This document shows positions 25,126-32,271 of a stretch of DNA of 32,271 bases, in pieces (the first letter of the stretch is position 1; the number at the start of each line of letters is the position of its first letter). The position numbers were made by a program, and so were the translations under genes. The notes beneath the pieces were generated by a model. That model had not been told where the DNA came from, did not search any database, and saw only the letters and a program-made list of their open reading frames with translations. Origin of the DNA: Euryarchaeota archaeon UBA10 (GTDB lineage Archaea; Thermoplasmatota; Poseidoniia; Poseidoniales; Poseidoniaceae); the NCBI GenBank assembly GCA_002498185.1, contig DAGO01000079.1:35643-67913 (forward strand), given 5' to 3'.

Positions 25126-26385
25126 ATGGAGAGGTGTTATTTTTTGACGAGAAATATTTTCGATGGTATTCTCAATCAGAAAACTCTGTTCGTGCAAAAA
25201 GAAGTACTGCGCCACACATACCAGCCTGAGACCTTACCACACCGCGACCTTGAAAGAGACCAACTTTCATTCAATCTGGTTGAAGCCTTGAAAGGTCACA
25301 TACCTTCGAACATGATTCTCTATGGAGTGACTGGTGCAGGTAAAACTGCCGTAACTCGCTATGTATGTGACCAACTTCAGAGCAAGGGTGAATCCATTGG
25401 TAGGATGGTTCACCCTGTGATGGTTAATTGTAGACAAATTGACACTCAATACCGAGTCCTATCTCACCTAGGCAATGCGCTTTTAGAGGATTATGAGAGA
25501 GAAGAAATCCCGTTCACAGGTTGGCCTACCGATCGGGTATTCTCTGAAGTGGTAAAGAGAATGAATGCTCGCGGCGGAGTATATGTCCTGGTTTTGGATG
25601 AAATCGACCATTTGGTAAAGAAAGCCGGTGACGACCTTCTGTACAACCTAACAAACTTGAATGCTGAATTGAAAGATGCTCGGGCTTGTGTAATTGGAAT
25701 CTCAAACGATTTGAAGTTCACAGATTTCCTAGACCCCAGAGTTAGAAGTCGTCTTGGCCAACAAGACATAGTATTCAATCCATACAATGCTGAACAGTTG
25801 CAAGATATTTTGCGCTCTAGAGCTGAAGTTGGAATAAATTCTGATGCAATCGGTGCTGGAGTTATCGAATTGTGTGCGGCACTTGCAGCACAGGAACACG
25901 GAGATGCAAGATGTGCTCTTGACTTGCTTCGAGTTTCAACTGAAAAGGCAGAGCAAGAAGGCTTAGACCTAGTAGAGCAAAACCATGTTCGAATAGCACA
26001 GGCTCAAATCGAGTCAGACCAAGTTACTCCTGTAATCCGCACACTACCCACTCAACAAAAATTGGTTCTAGCATCTGTCCTAATCAATGAGAAAAATGGG
26101 CTAAGAAATATGCAAACTGGTGAAGTGTACCATATCTACAAGCAGGCTTGCACAAATGTAGGACAGCAATTCCTCACATCAAGGAGAGTTTCCGGCATCA
26201 TCTCGAATCTCGATATGCTCGGATTAATCACTGCGAAGACAATCTCTAGAGGGAGATATGGCCGAAGCAAGGAAATCAATTCATGCATTCCAACTAACAT
26301 TGACCCTTGCGATGTTATGTCCAAAGCAGAACCTGCTTTGAATGAGGTTTTCTCTGCTAAATATCGCCATCAAACACAGCTTTGA
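25126..26385 (+). CDS. cdc6: Orc1/Cdc6 replication initiator (AAA+ with C-terminal winged helix)
   Basis: YQPETLPHRDLERDQL, Walker A LYGVTGAGKTAV, Walker B VLVLDEIDHL, GISND, GDARCALDLLR. Confidence 0.9.
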   Translation: MERCYFLTRNIFDGILNQKTLFVQKEVLRHTYQPETLPHRDLERDQLSFNLVEALKGHIPSNMILYGVTGAGKTAVTRYVCDQLQSKGESIGRMVHPVMVNCRQIDTQYRVLSHLGNALLEDYEREEIPFTGWPTDRVFSEVVKRMNARGGVYVLVLDEIDHLVKKAGDDLLYNLTNLNAELKDARACVIGISNDLKFTDFLDPRVRSRLGQQDIVFNPYNAEQLQDILRSRAEVGINSDAIGAGVIELCAALAAQEHGDARCALDLLRVSTEKAEQEGLDLVEQNHVRIAQAQIESDQVTPVIRTLPTQQKLVLASVLINEKNGLRNMQTGEVYHIYKQACTNVGQQFLTSRRVSGIISNLDMLGLITAKTISRGRYGRSKEINSCIPTNIDPCDVMSKAEPALNEVFSAKYRHQTQL

Positions 26386-26449
26386 ACTGTGAATTGACTG
26401 TTTGCTGACTTTGGCAAGACTCTTAACCGCGTCTAAGGTCGCCCAGCCC

Positions 26450-26998
26450 ATGAGCGATGACGGAGATAATGCACAGGGCAATCTGGGCACAATTCTGTTA
26501 AATCCATCCAGCACTCTTGCGTCATGGTATTTCTGGCTAGGATTGCTAGGACTAATGCTTGCAGTTCTAAACATAATGGGAATAATTCACCCTACCTATC
26601 GCGTCTCTTGGGGAGGCCTTCTGACATTCGAGTACACCAATGATGCATTCGGTAACAAGGACGGTGCTGCTGCATTCGTAGCAAGTGATGCCATATTCAT
26701 GGCAATTGTTGGAGGAATGACTTTCCTAGGTGCACGAGGACTAATCGGAAACGGCGACCCTGCAGAATGGGCTAAGGGCATTGTAACCAATGATTGGTAC
26801 TACGATTTACTAGATTTTGAGTCTGGTTGGGCACTTATTTTGGGAACATGGTCTGTGCTTGCAAGCATTGTATTCTACTTCTATTGGGGAATCGCGCACA
26901 TGGCGTGGATTGACCCTGGAGTATACTCAATAGCCATCGCACTAATGGGAACTGGTCTTGTTTTGCGAATGCTTTCATCTGTTGAATATGAAGAGTGA
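26450..26998 (+). CDS. Hypothetical integral membrane protein (about 4 TM helices)
   Basis: Hydrophobic segments WYFWLGLLGLMLAVLNIMGII, AIFMAIVGGMTFLGA, WALILGTWSVLASIVFYFYWGI, VYSIAIALMGTGLVL. ATG at 26450 is preferred to the TTG at 26402. Confidence 0.55.
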   Translation: MSDDGDNAQGNLGTILLNPSSTLASWYFWLGLLGLMLAVLNIMGIIHPTYRVSWGGLLTFEYTNDAFGNKDGAAAFVASDAIFMAIVGGMTFLGARGLIGNGDPAEWAKGIVTNDWYYDLLDFESGWALILGTWSVLASIVFYFYWGIAHMAWIDPGVYSIAIALMGTGLVLRMLSSVEYEE

Positions 26999-26999
26999 T

Positions 27000-28016
27000 T
27001 TAGTGTCCATTTCGACCTAACAAAGCATCTAGGTATCCTAACAGGATTCCTTGCCATAGTACAAATGACCATGAAATAAGTACGAATGTGGCGTAGGGTT
27101 TTCTCTTAGGTAAATCGCTTCTGAAAAATGATATTATCCAAAATAATGGTACTATTGAAATCAATAGTACCTCTCGTGAAAGTGAATAATACAAGGATTC
27201 AGGATTGACCTGGTCATAAGAGAGCAGGTTGTTGATGTACTCAAACAATCCAAATCCTCCGAGCATCATCAACGGAATCATCCAAAGAACAATCCAAGAC
27301 GAACCAATGAAATCATGTCTTATTCCCTTGTATCGACGATGTATTCTAACGTGGGCTCTGGCATCTCTCTTTCTCTTATTCAAGAATCTACGCAGGCCTG
27401 TTTCCGGAACGTGATTAACAACCGCCTCTGGCGTGTAGACAATGGTACCTCCTTCCTGAACTAACTTCAGTGAAACCTCCATGTCCTCTGCATGATACCA
27501 CGAAGGGTCAAACCCGCCAATATCCAATAACTTCTCCCTGTGGAACATAGAACATGGACCGTTAGCTAGTTTGGTACGGCGTGGTCGTGAACGGTACTTT
27601 GATTCGATTTCGATAGACCTGATCTTGGAAATTACGTCATCTGAGCGACCGAAAATTGTTCTTCCAGTGACTGCAACTACTTCTTCCCCTCCTCTAGAGT
27701 CTGAGGATTCCAACATTCGCTGTATCCAATCCGCTTCTGGCCTTACATCGATATCAGTAATTGCGAACCATTCACCTTTCGATGCCTCTAATGCAGCCAT
27801 CCTACCCGCCGATAGGCCAAGAGCATCTTGGGTGATGACTGTTACCAAATCATGATTCGACCATTCCTCAGCTTTCTGCTTACCGCCATCAATCGAGCCA
27901 TCATCTACCAGAATAATTTCCAATGGTGAATGGGTTTGGTTAACTAGAGATTCCATACAACCGTCAATCCATTCAACGCCATCTCTGACGCAAACGGCTA
28001 CCGAAACCAGAGTCAA
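27000..28016 (-). CDS. Family 2 glycosyltransferase with C-terminal TM helices
   Basis: VSVAVCVRDGVEWIDGCMESLVNQTHSPLEIILVDDGSIDGG (GT-A N-terminal pattern with DDGS), a later ITDIDVRP acidic motif, and a hydrophobic C-terminal third. It appears to start at a TTG overlapping the upstream stop (TTGA), preceded by GAGGTGAGGGA. Confidence 0.75.
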   Translation of the reverse strand: MTLVSVAVCVRDGVEWIDGCMESLVNQTHSPLEIILVDDGSIDGGKQKAEEWSNHDLVTVITQDALGLSAGRMAALEASKGEWFAITDIDVRPEADWIQRMLESSDSRGGEEVVAVTGRTIFGRSDDVISKIRSIEIESKYRSRPRRTKLANGPCSMFHREKLLDIGGFDPSWYHAEDMEVSLKLVQEGGTIVYTPEAVVNHVPETGLRRFLNKRKRDARAHVRIHRRYKGIRHDFIGSSWIVLWMIPLMMLGGFGLFEYINNLLSYDQVNPESLYYSLSREVLLISIVPLFWIISFFRSDLPKRKPYATFVLISWSFVLWQGILLGYLDALLGRNGH

Positions 28017-29002
28017 TCCCTCACCTCAAATCTAGAAAGCAATCCTCTGCATTCTTCCTTGGCGTCCAATGTTGTTATGCGTAAAACAACTCCAGTATTT
28101 GGCTGACCATATACGATATTGGTTCCTAGAGGTGCCAGTAAATGGACGATTATCGGGGCCAAGTCTTCTTCTCCTTCGACTTGAATACAAGTTGTTTGGT
28201 CATTTTGTAGCGCAGACCGAATTGCATCAATTAAGGATGGAGTAATCTGTCCTGCTGGATTATCGGCGTTAAGCAACACATCAAAATCGCTCAAATTGAC
28301 TTTCTCATCTAACTCTACGCGCTTGGTCATCCCGTCGATAATTGCAATATCCGCCACTACACCCATCTCTAGCAATGTTGCTACGCAAACATCTCCAACA
28401 GCAACGATACCACCTGGTGCAATACTTTCCATTGCTGCGGACATCGCAACTTCTGGTGAATCTTCAGGTCCTGTAAACAAATCTCCGCTAGGCTCTTTCA
28501 ACTCCGCATCTAATCCTCGGTGGAAGTGATGTGTTTGATTTGACTGCTCCCCGCTCAACCATTGCTTCCCATCACAATCGATCAAACCTGCTCTGATTCT
28601 AGAACTAGAGATAATTCCACCTACTTCATCTAAGCTGTGCTGTACCTCAATAATTTCTAGAGGCAGTAATCCATTTGCAAGTCGAATTTCATTAATTCTC
28701 TGACAATTTCCCAATGTTTCAGGAGTACAGATGATGCTGTCACAATCTTTGCGACTAGGTGCAGGGCCGTAATTGTCCTCTAGTTCATGGGTTGTGATTC
28801 TTTCATCTGCCCATGCGATAATAGCCTCTCTTCTATCTTCAAAGGATTGTAAAATAGGAGATTTTGCCGCCGACATGGCGTCATTTGTGATCCAAACTTC
28901 GACCAATTCTGCGGAATCCAGTGCCGCATTAAGTAAAGATTTGTGACCTTGGTGAAATCTGTCGAAAGTGCCGCCAACTAAGCAGCGCTCCAACTTCGCC
29001 AT
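28013..29002 (-). CDS. Fusion of archaeal-type phosphopantetheine adenylyltransferase (PPAT) and DUF359 GTP-dependent dephospho-CoA kinase (last two CoA-biosynthesis steps)
   Basis: N-terminal half: CLVGGTFDRFHQGHKSLL (cytidylyltransferase HxGH) ...ICTPETL...RINEIR. C-terminal half: AVGDVCVATLLEMGVVADIAIIDGMTKR...NPAGQIT...VEGEEDLAPIIVHLLAP...IVYGQPNTGVV (the DUF359/COG1909 pattern). ATG at 29002 (MAKLERC) is preferred to 29032. Confidence 0.75.
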   Translation of the reverse strand: MAKLERCLVGGTFDRFHQGHKSLLNAALDSAELVEVWITNDAMSAAKSPILQSFEDRREAIIAWADERITTHELEDNYGPAPSRKDCDSIICTPETLGNCQRINEIRLANGLLPLEIIEVQHSLDEVGGIISSSRIRAGLIDCDGKQWLSGEQSNQTHHFHRGLDAELKEPSGDLFTGPEDSPEVAMSAAMESIAPGGIVAVGDVCVATLLEMGVVADIAIIDGMTKRVELDEKVNLSDFDVLLNADNPAGQITPSLIDAIRSALQNDQTTCIQVEGEEDLAPIIVHLLAPLGTNIVYGQPNTGVVLRITTLDAKEECRGLLSRFEVRD

Positions 29003-29032
29003 GTGCCTAACTGAGTTTGGATGGCTATTCAA

Positions 29033-29328
29033 TGAATCGCAAGAAAGGTGTGCCCCGACCCGTAACAGCCCCTGTCATTGTCTCCTCGGAGGCTTGACCC
29101 AGGGTCAGGGCGTCTGTGCAGCCGGTTGGTTGTCTCACTCTCACTCTCTCGTCCAGCGAGGACCCATTACCGACCACATAGTCCATCGGTTTGCATCAGA
29201 GGTCATTCCCGAAAGTCACCCTGGTCTTCGTCGATGGCACATGACCGCAATCATTGGTATCACAGTTCATCGGGCAGCACGCCCTCCCTGCGATGTTGCA
29301 TGTGCGGTCGATATGTTCTCGAGACTCA
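29033..29328. ncRNA. Candidate structured RNA or regulatory leader in a GC-rich intergenic region; identity and strand unresolved
   Basis: About 300 nt lack a credible ORF and are visibly more G+C-rich than the flanking genes. Several 6-9 bp helices are present: 29268-29295 (catc/gcag...ctgc/gatg), 29183-29188 with 29232-29237, 29243-29249 with 29303-29309, and a nested stem around 29064-29120. I could not recognise any conserved SRP, RNase P or 5S core. Confidence 0.2.
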
Positions 29329-31602
29329 TCATTGTTGAAGCCGTCGGTGTAACTCTATATGGACATCTAAATTGTGTTCGGTTTCAATAGGAATGATTGG
29401 AACCGTTTTCTGGAATAACCAGCACGCAAATGGGTGACTTCTGCCTATTGGAGGATTCATCCCTTGCTCAAATGCAGAAATTCCATCCAAAACATCCAGT
29501 AGTGAATCTTTGCCGATACCCTCTGGCATGTGGTGAACCAATACAAGTTCGTCCGATTTGAGACCTTGATCCCAAAGTATCGCCGGCCATGGTAAATCAA
29601 GCATTGAAAGAGCGGCCCTTCCCATTGAAGATGACAGACATACTGACAACCACGAGGGCGCCTTTAATTTCCACAACGAGTGATGAACGTCTTCCATTAT
29701 TGCCAACATTCCTTCCCGGTCTAAATTCTGATTCTCAAACAGCATCTTGTGGTGCGTACAAGCTTCAACCAACCGAGAAATTTCAGGCTCGTTCCAATTA
29801 TGCCTCAATACATCTCCGGCCCTCAATGGCTGACTCAGCCATAAATCGGTAACATCGGGCATTTCCTCAATCCATTCTCTACTGAGTAAAATCGCAGTCG
29901 CAACCGATGGCTCAGTGATTCGAGTTGAGAGAGTTGCAAAGGGATTAGCCCTTATCCTCTTAATCAGAATGGACAATGCAGAATCGTCCACTGTGGCTAA
30001 ATCTGCTAAATCTGAATTGTCAAATTCGCTCAAATTCGCTAAATCCGCCCACTTAGGGTCGAGTATACCTCCAATTCTTCTCCACCTAGCAGAGTGGTTG
30101 CTCTCTGTAGTTGCTATCCATGATGCCAAGGGATACTGTGTTTCGTGCTTGTCAGCCCAAACGTCGTCCCCACTTTCTAATTGAATTGCAAGCCAGAGCG
30201 CTTCTAACTCGTTTTCAGCGTTTCTAACTGTGACTGATTTGCCACGAACAATCTCTTCAGGCGACTGAGGCGGCGTCCAATCTACAGGCATTTTAGCCTC
30301 GTGTGCAACTGAAATTGGTAACCTCAACCTGCCTTGCATCTCGAGATTGAATTTACCTTGTCCATTTCCTGATGTAAGTTTGAATGGTAAATCCAAGTCA
30401 ACCGATTCTCCGATAATTATTCTGCATCTACTATCGTTGACCAACCTATCAAGGGACTTCACATGACCCCAACGCCAATCGACAACGATAGGCATCTCGC
30501 CTTCTTCTAGAGAGAATAGTAATGCTGCTTCTCCACCACGTTCTGAAATGGAACGTGTGTCGATTAAATCGTTGAATTGTTCAGACCATTTTCTTCCAGG
30601 GAAATCATTCAACACTTTACGGGTTAGAGAATTTGATGAATTAGATTTAATGTCTGAGACTAATTTGCTGAACCTTTCTTCAATTGACATTGGAGATAAT
30701 CTGGGATGATTGAGTTTCAACCAATGTCTGAGAATTGCATAAGGCAAATCAGTCAATGGCAAACCTATCAAGTCACCATCGGCAATGACTAGTGCATTAT
30801 TTCCGATACTATTTGCAATCAATGAGCGATCAATTCTCCTACCTAATTTGGCATGTATCCCGCCTCTGGGAGAGACTAGTGGTCCTGAATTACCTGCGTG
30901 GCCAATCGATACTTCGCCATCTCGCAGGGCTTGAGGCAAATCTGGCCAAAATCCAGACGGTAGTGGAGAAAACCAACTCCCCACGCCTAGCGGCCACGGA
31001 CTGTCCTCATCCAGTAGTCTTGCTCGAACAATTCCGATTACTTTCGGCCTCTCCATCCAAGCGTTCAGTGTCATCGGGCTTGGCTCATTAGGTGCCGTGC
31101 TTTTGCGCATAGTTTCGATATCCCACCATACTGGACCATCGCCTCTCTGAACGGCCCAACGCCAATTGTTAGACTCCCCTCCATTTCCATTGGAATCAAT
31201 GAGAACTCCACTTTCCTCATCCATCGGTCTTTCTGGTAGCCCAAGTAGTGGCCCTGCAGGTCTAGAGGCGTAACCAAGTAGCAGCATCGAGCCTTCTCGG
31301 CCAAGTACAATTCCTGCTGCTCCAGGAGGCGGTGGCCACCTTACCAATTCGTTCAACCTAGCTAATCCGTCCGCTTCTAAACGGTTCAATCCCTTAGAGG
31401 ATAGACGGTATCTCGAACCGCGTAAACTAGCATCATCTCGCACTACGTCGCCCGATTCTCTCAATTGCTTGAGTGCTGCAGATGCGTGAGGTACTCTGAT
31501 AGATAGAGCGTGAGATACCTCTGTGACTGTCCCACCGCCATCAGCTAGCCAATCCAGAACTCTCCTTTGGTATGTAGATCGAATACGATTACTACGCACC
31601 AT
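29329..31602 (-). CDS. Large orphan protein (757 aa) with an N-terminal winged-helix DNA-binding domain and an uncharacterised ~650-aa C-terminal region
   Basis: N-terminus RRVLDWLADGGGTVTEVSHALSIRVPHASAALKQLRESGDVVRDDASLRGSRYRLSSKG follows the ArsR/MarR-like wHTH pattern. I recognised no P-loop or other catalytic motif in the rest. ATG at 31602 is preferred to the TTG at 31611. Confidence 0.65.
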   Translation of the reverse strand: MVRSNRIRSTYQRRVLDWLADGGGTVTEVSHALSIRVPHASAALKQLRESGDVVRDDASLRGSRYRLSSKGLNRLEADGLARLNELVRWPPPPGAAGIVLGREGSMLLLGYASRPAGPLLGLPERPMDEESGVLIDSNGNGGESNNWRWAVQRGDGPVWWDIETMRKSTAPNEPSPMTLNAWMERPKVIGIVRARLLDEDSPWPLGVGSWFSPLPSGFWPDLPQALRDGEVSIGHAGNSGPLVSPRGGIHAKLGRRIDRSLIANSIGNNALVIADGDLIGLPLTDLPYAILRHWLKLNHPRLSPMSIEERFSKLVSDIKSNSSNSLTRKVLNDFPGRKWSEQFNDLIDTRSISERGGEAALLFSLEEGEMPIVVDWRWGHVKSLDRLVNDSRCRIIIGESVDLDLPFKLTSGNGQGKFNLEMQGRLRLPISVAHEAKMPVDWTPPQSPEEIVRGKSVTVRNAENELEALWLAIQLESGDDVWADKHETQYPLASWIATTESNHSARWRRIGGILDPKWADLANLSEFDNSDLADLATVDDSALSILIKRIRANPFATLSTRITEPSVATAILLSREWIEEMPDVTDLWLSQPLRAGDVLRHNWNEPEISRLVEACTHHKMLFENQNLDREGMLAIMEDVHHSLWKLKAPSWLSVCLSSSMGRAALSMLDLPWPAILWDQGLKSDELVLVHHMPEGIGKDSLLDVLDGISAFEQGMNPPIGRSHPFACWLFQKTVPIIPIETEHNLDVHIELHRRLQQ

Positions 31603-31646
31603 TGTCACCAATACTGTCGAAATGCTGGCTCCATATGAATATTCTT

Positions 31647-31682
31647 ACTTACATTACATTATTTTGTTACATATTGTTACAT
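31647..31682. repeat. Cluster of TTACAT/TGTTACATA direct repeats in the divergent promoter region
   Basis: cttacattacattattttgttacatattgttacata. The unit TTGTTACATA is tandemly duplicated (31663-31672, 31673-31682) and preceded by two more TACAT units. Confidence 0.6.
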
Positions 31683-31705
31683 ATTTCCACTGGAGAATTG
31701 AAAAT
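31683..31705. promoter_or_regulatory. Orc1/Cdc6-box-like dyad (TCCA-N-TGGA) overlapping an AATTGAAAAT element
   Basis: The sequence is atttccactggagaattgaaaat. Its reverse complement CTCCAGTGGAAAT differs at 2 of 13 positions from CTCCAATTGAAAT at 24991-25003 next to cdc6. The 9-bp palindrome tccactgga lies at 31686-31694. Confidence 0.3.
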
Positions 31706-31872
31706 ATACACTCGGTTTAACAATGAAACCACTTTTTTGTGCAAAATCTGCGTTAGTTGATGTAACTTCAAGGCCTTCGGGGGGAGAACGGTTATATGGG
31801 CTGCTTCGCTCCTCCTGTTTAACGGCCCACCCGAGACCGGGAAACGGTCGGATGACGAAGAGGAGATTGCAT

Positions 31873-32199
31873 ATGAAAACAGTAAGAATACGTGAGAAAA
31901 TCAAGAAGTTCCTGGGTGACCGCCCACGCAACACGGCTGAAATTTTGGAGCACATTAACAGCACCATGAGACACGGCACTACTAGTCAGCAACTCGGAAA
32001 CGTACTCTCCAAAGACAAGGATATTGTCAAAGTAGGATACATCAAGCGCTCCGGCATTCTATCTGGAGGATATGACATCTGCGAATGGGCAACACGAACT
32101 TGGGTTTCAGACAACTGCCCTGATTGGCAAGAAGGACAGCCTCTAATCATTGATGCAGAAGGAAATGTTCAAACCAATGATTTGATCAGACGAAACTGA
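31873..32199 (+). CDS. Small winged-helix DNA-binding protein (108 aa)
   Basis: MKTVRIREKIKKFLGDRPRNTAEILEHINSTMRHGTTSQQLGNVLSKDKDIVKVG follows a wHTH pattern. The ATG at 31873 is preceded by GAGGAG (31860-31865). The upstream part of the track ORF (31723-31872) looks non-coding. Confidence 0.6.
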   Translation: MKTVRIREKIKKFLGDRPRNTAEILEHINSTMRHGTTSQQLGNVLSKDKDIVKVGYIKRSGILSGGYDICEWATRTWVSDNCPDWQEGQPLIIDAEGNVQTNDLIRRN

Positions 32200-32204
32200 T
32201 TACA

Positions 32205-32271
32205 ATGAATTGGATTCGAACCATGACGGATGCAACCGTCTGCATGTTTTGTGGAGGACTAGTCGTTGGCT
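32205..32271 (+). CDS. Partial ORF (5' end only) with a CxxC motif, possibly a zinc-ribbon protein
   Basis: The ATG at 32205 lies 5 nt after the preceding stop. The reading is MNWIRTMTDATVCMFCGGLVVG... and runs off the right window edge. Confidence 0.3.
   Translation, partial: MNWIRTMTDATVCMFCGGLVVG

Noticed and set aside
29025-29186. A 53-codon minus-strand ORF (MDYVVGNGSSLDERVRVRQPTG...) and a 24-codon ORF (MNCDTNDCGH...) in the spacer
   Set aside because: There is no convincing SD. The sequence includes the odd repetitive AGA GTG AGA GTG AGA stretch, and no motif is present. I cannot distinguish them from chance ORFs without conservation or expression data.
29033-29328. A specific identity (SRP RNA, RNase P RNA or 5S rRNA) for the GC-rich spacer
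   Set aside because: There are only loose resemblances: CUCCUCGGAGGCUUGAC vs the eukaryotic Alu-domain CUCGGGAGGCUGAG, GAAAGUC vs RNase P CR-I, and CCCAUUACCGACC vs the 5S CCCAUUCCGAAC. The helix-8 GNRA/AGCA core is absent, and so are the P4 partners in the correct order and the remaining 5S blocks. I kept only a generic low-confidence ncRNA candidate.
29326-29334. A C/D-box sRNA, suggested by AUGAUGA at the stop codon of the 757-aa gene
   Set aside because: No CUGA D box at the expected ~50-60 nt distance and no terminal stem. The C-box-like heptamer is explained by the tandem TGA TGA stops.
28968-29390. Plus-strand ORFs of 140 aa (28968-29390) and 86 aa (29078-29338) spanning the GC-rich spacer
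   Set aside because: They overlap the ends of both flanking minus-strand genes. Their composition (Cys/His/Arg-rich) is typical of a random frame in GC-rich sequence. They have no SD or recognisable motif.
31723-31872. The N-terminal 50-codon extension of the small wHTH ORF
   Set aside because: The extension has no SD and runs through a GC-rich hairpin-forming leader. A strong GAGGAG-N7-ATG lies at 31873, where the wHTH-like sequence begins.
32205-32271. A tRNA on the minus strand, suggested by ggattcgaacc (reverse complement GGTTCGAATCC, a T-loop-like sequence) at 32212-32222
   Set aside because: A cloverleaf cannot be built. The T-stem pairs at only 3 of 5 positions. The only anticodon-like hairpin (gacgg-ttgcat-ccgtc) has a 6-nt loop and no variable region before the T-arm. 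The sequence also reads in frame as the start of a plus-strand ORF directly after the preceding gene.
29329-32271. Calling the right-end block an integrated virus, plasmid or defence island
   Set aside because: No integrase, transposase, att duplication, capsid or replication hallmark, or compositional shift is visible in the window. I report it only as an orphan module of unknown nature.

Overview
The window is gene-dense, has moderate GC content and looks archaeal. It has Orc1/Cdc6 next to an AT-rich repeat-bearing intergenic region, a TBP-fold protein, an archaeal-type PPAT fused to a DUF359 dephospho-CoA kinase, and an EF-Tu-like paralog. Giant signal-peptide/TM-anchored surface proteins suggest a marine planktonic Thermoplasmatota/Poseidoniales-like genome; that assignment is inference only. 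Almost every gene from 1 to 21971 is on the minus strand, often with 0-6 nt spacers or overlapping start/stop codons. The most important point is that the left 5.6 kb, where the ORF track shows only short plus-strand ORFs, is one uninterrupted minus-strand frame running off the window edge. It encodes a type I PKS/PUFA-synthase-like megasynthase (KS-AT-carrier-like-KS-carrier-carrier...). Translation appears coupled to an upstream fabI-type enoyl reductase. Both PfaA-type carrier repeats have Thr where the phosphopantetheinyl Ser is expected. Other content, in order: two surface proteins (one of 1936 aa), a TatD-family hydrolase, a THUMP-less ThiI-like PP-loop protein, a hotdog acyl-CoA thioesterase and a PfkB kinase. 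These are followed by biotin carboxylase, a DUF2493/SLOG protein, a CysJ-like FAD/NADPH reductase, an MBL-fold hydrolase and a GT2 glycosyltransferase. Near the right end are a GC-rich ~0.3 kb structure-prone intergenic region and a 757-aa orphan protein with an N-terminal winged helix. That orphan gene is divergent from a small wHTH gene, across an AT-rich spacer carrying an Orc1-box-like dyad. I found no rRNA, convincing tRNA, CRISPR array, transposase or integrase. Start codons were refined by eye because the ORF track extends ORFs to upstream TTG/GTG codons. All domain calls rest on motif recognition, not on searches.
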